A stretch of DNA of 64,000 bases from an uncultured delta proteobacterium (lineage in GTDB: Bacteria > Desulfobacterota > Desulfomonilia > UBA1062): contig CAVVYZ010000002.1 in the NCBI GenBank assembly GCA_963752595.1, positions 32,001 through 96,000 on the forward strand, written 5' to 3'. Numbering within the stretch: position 1 is the stretch's first letter; every line of letters starts with the position of its first letter. This document shows, one piece after another, positions 62,715 to 64,000 of the stretch. The position numbers were made by a program, and so were the translations under genes. The notes under the pieces were generated by a model. It was given only the letters and a program-made list of their open reading frames with translations. It did not search any database and had not been told where the DNA came from.

Positions 62715-63359
62715 ATGAGTGATAAATATAAAATCATTGGTCCCCTCTATGATTTTGTCGCAATGGTATATAGCGCAGGCCGGATCGATAAATGCAAAAC
62801 CGCCATGCATGACCATATCAAGCCCGATGACAAAGTGCTCTTCGCAGGGGTGGGGCAGGGGATGGATGCAGTCGCCGCAGCAGAGAGAGGCGCTCAGGTG
62901 ACGGTTGTGGATATTTCGCAGACAATGCTGAACCTCTTCGCCAAGAGGACATCGGGAAGATACTTCCTCCATCCAATAAGGAAGGTCGGCTACGACATCT
63001 TCAAATTCGAGGAATATGAACAGTTCGATTTCGTATACGCCAACTTCTTCCTCAATGTCTTTTCACGGGTCATGGTTCTCCCTCTGCTCGAACACCTTAC
63101 AAAGCTGGCAAAAAAAGACGGTCATGTCGTTATCGGCGATTTTGCCCTTCCATCCGGCGGGCCTTTTGCCAGGACAATTCAGAGCATATACTGGTACATA
63201 GCTGATATCTTTTTTAACCTCTTAGCAAAGAATGCCCTCCACCCGGTGTATGATTACCAGGAGATGTTGAGGGGCCTTGGTTTTACCATCGAGGAGGTAC
63301 GGTACTGCCGGTTTTTATTCGCAAACCGCTATTGCTCGATTCTCGCAAAAAAAGGTTAA
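62715..63359 (+). CDS. Class I SAM-dependent methyltransferase
   Basis: VLFAGVGQG, VVDIS, FDFVYANFFLNVF, VVIGDF. Confidence 0.85.
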   Translation: MSDKYKIIGPLYDFVAMVYSAGRIDKCKTAMHDHIKPDDKVLFAGVGQGMDAVAAAERGAQVTVVDISQTMLNLFAKRTSGRYFLHPIRKVGYDIFKFEEYEQFDFVYANFFLNVFSRVMVLPLLEHLTKLAKKDGHVVIGDFALPSGGPFARTIQSIYWYIADIFFNLLAKNALHPVYDYQEMLRGLGFTIEEVRYCRFLFANRYCSILAKKG

Positions 63360-63669
63360 GGAAGAGCCCCAACTTTGGGGTAATCGCATGAGGAGGAGAA
63401 AATATCTTCCCTGGAATGTGAAAAAAATTACACACATTGGAAATATTCCCCTCGCCCACAAAAATAGATAACTCATTGAATAATAAGTCTATAATATAAT
63501 TTATACTAGATATCACCTGATAATATACTAGTAATCGTTTCGTGGTTTTTGCTATTTTTTTTGGCACGTTTCGTGATTACTCTACTTCCATGATGATTTT
63601 ATCCCGGAATAAGGATCTGAAAATCAGCATCATGTGATTGCTTTTTCATTCATTGAAAGGAAGGGAGTT

Positions 63670-64000
63670 ATGAGAAATACAAATGCTGAGCATAAAATAA
63701 TATCACTCAGTAGTATTTCAGAGGTCAAACACCAAGTTGCAATATCCCCCATCATCCTGAAGAAGATCTACTCCAGCGGCAGCCTTAAAAATTTCGAAGA
63801 AGGCGTGAGCTTCCAGATCAAGAACCAGATGCGGGATGCGGTTCTTACAGGTATCTATGAGGTGACCGTCAACGGGATGGAGATCCCTTTGCACGAAGTA
63901 TTCATCGGCAGCAATGAGGCGCGGGTGAGGGCGGATAAAATAGATCAGGCCAATACGGTCTCCTTCCCCTTGGGCGAGAACATCGATTTCACCGTCCGGG
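63670..64000 (+). CDS. 3'-truncated ORF; resembles the N-terminal accessory domain of some bacterial HMG-CoA reductases
   Basis: GGAG RBS; MRNTNAEH...SPIILKKIYSSGSLKNFEEGVSFQIKNQMRDAVLTG, open to the window end. Confidence 0.5.
   Translation, partial: MRNTNAEHKIISLSSISEVKHQVAISPIILKKIYSSGSLKNFEEGVSFQIKNQMRDAVLTGIYEVTVNGMEIPLHEVFIGSNEARVRADKIDQANTVSFPLGENIDFTVR

Noticed and set aside
1-64000. CRISPR arrays, rRNA, intact tRNAs, transposases or integrases
   Set aside because: No regularly spaced repeats, rRNA-like tracts, complete cloverleaves or DDE/tyrosine recombinase motifs were found by eye.

Overview
A 64-kb chromosomal window from a GC-rich anaerobic bacterium. The gene content (Sec-containing SelD, sigma54 promoters, hybrid kinases, acyl-CoA metabolism) suggests a Desulfobacterota/syntroph-like organism; this is an inference. 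No rRNA, intact tRNA, CRISPR array or intact transposase was seen. From left to right: a 5'-truncated hybrid kinase; a ~1410-aa PlsA/Ger-like activase-reductase with a 2-hydroxyacid dehydrogenase and a ThDP enzyme; an RRM protein; two QueG-like Fe-S proteins and an alkyl sulfatase; a PAS hybrid kinase; a GT2-DedA/ArnT-ArnT envelope-modification cluster; an acyl-CoA catabolic cluster (21.5-35.4 kb) with many frameshifts; an AT-richer decayed segment with an inverse-autotransporter barrel remnant and a tRNA-Pro 5' fragment; a helicase, a VOC protein, an SDR-PilZ fusion and a kinase; a CoA-transferase AB pair; dusB, radical SAM and Ldh_2 genes; a LysR divergent from selD (in-frame UGA plus SECIS); and several hydrolases and dehydrogenases. 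The strongest candidate for an undescribed system is missing from the ORF track: two paralogous minus-strand operons (38.1-38.9 kb and 45.5-46.1 kb) encoding 58-aa and 35-aa membrane microproteins that share an IG-x5-GIG-x-RF motif. One operon also carries an orphan AtpZ/AtpI-like gene. Each is driven by a near-identically spaced sigma54 promoter, an IHF-like site and three TGNCA-N3-TGNCA enhancer boxes. All family assignments are from motif recognition by eye; no database searches were run.
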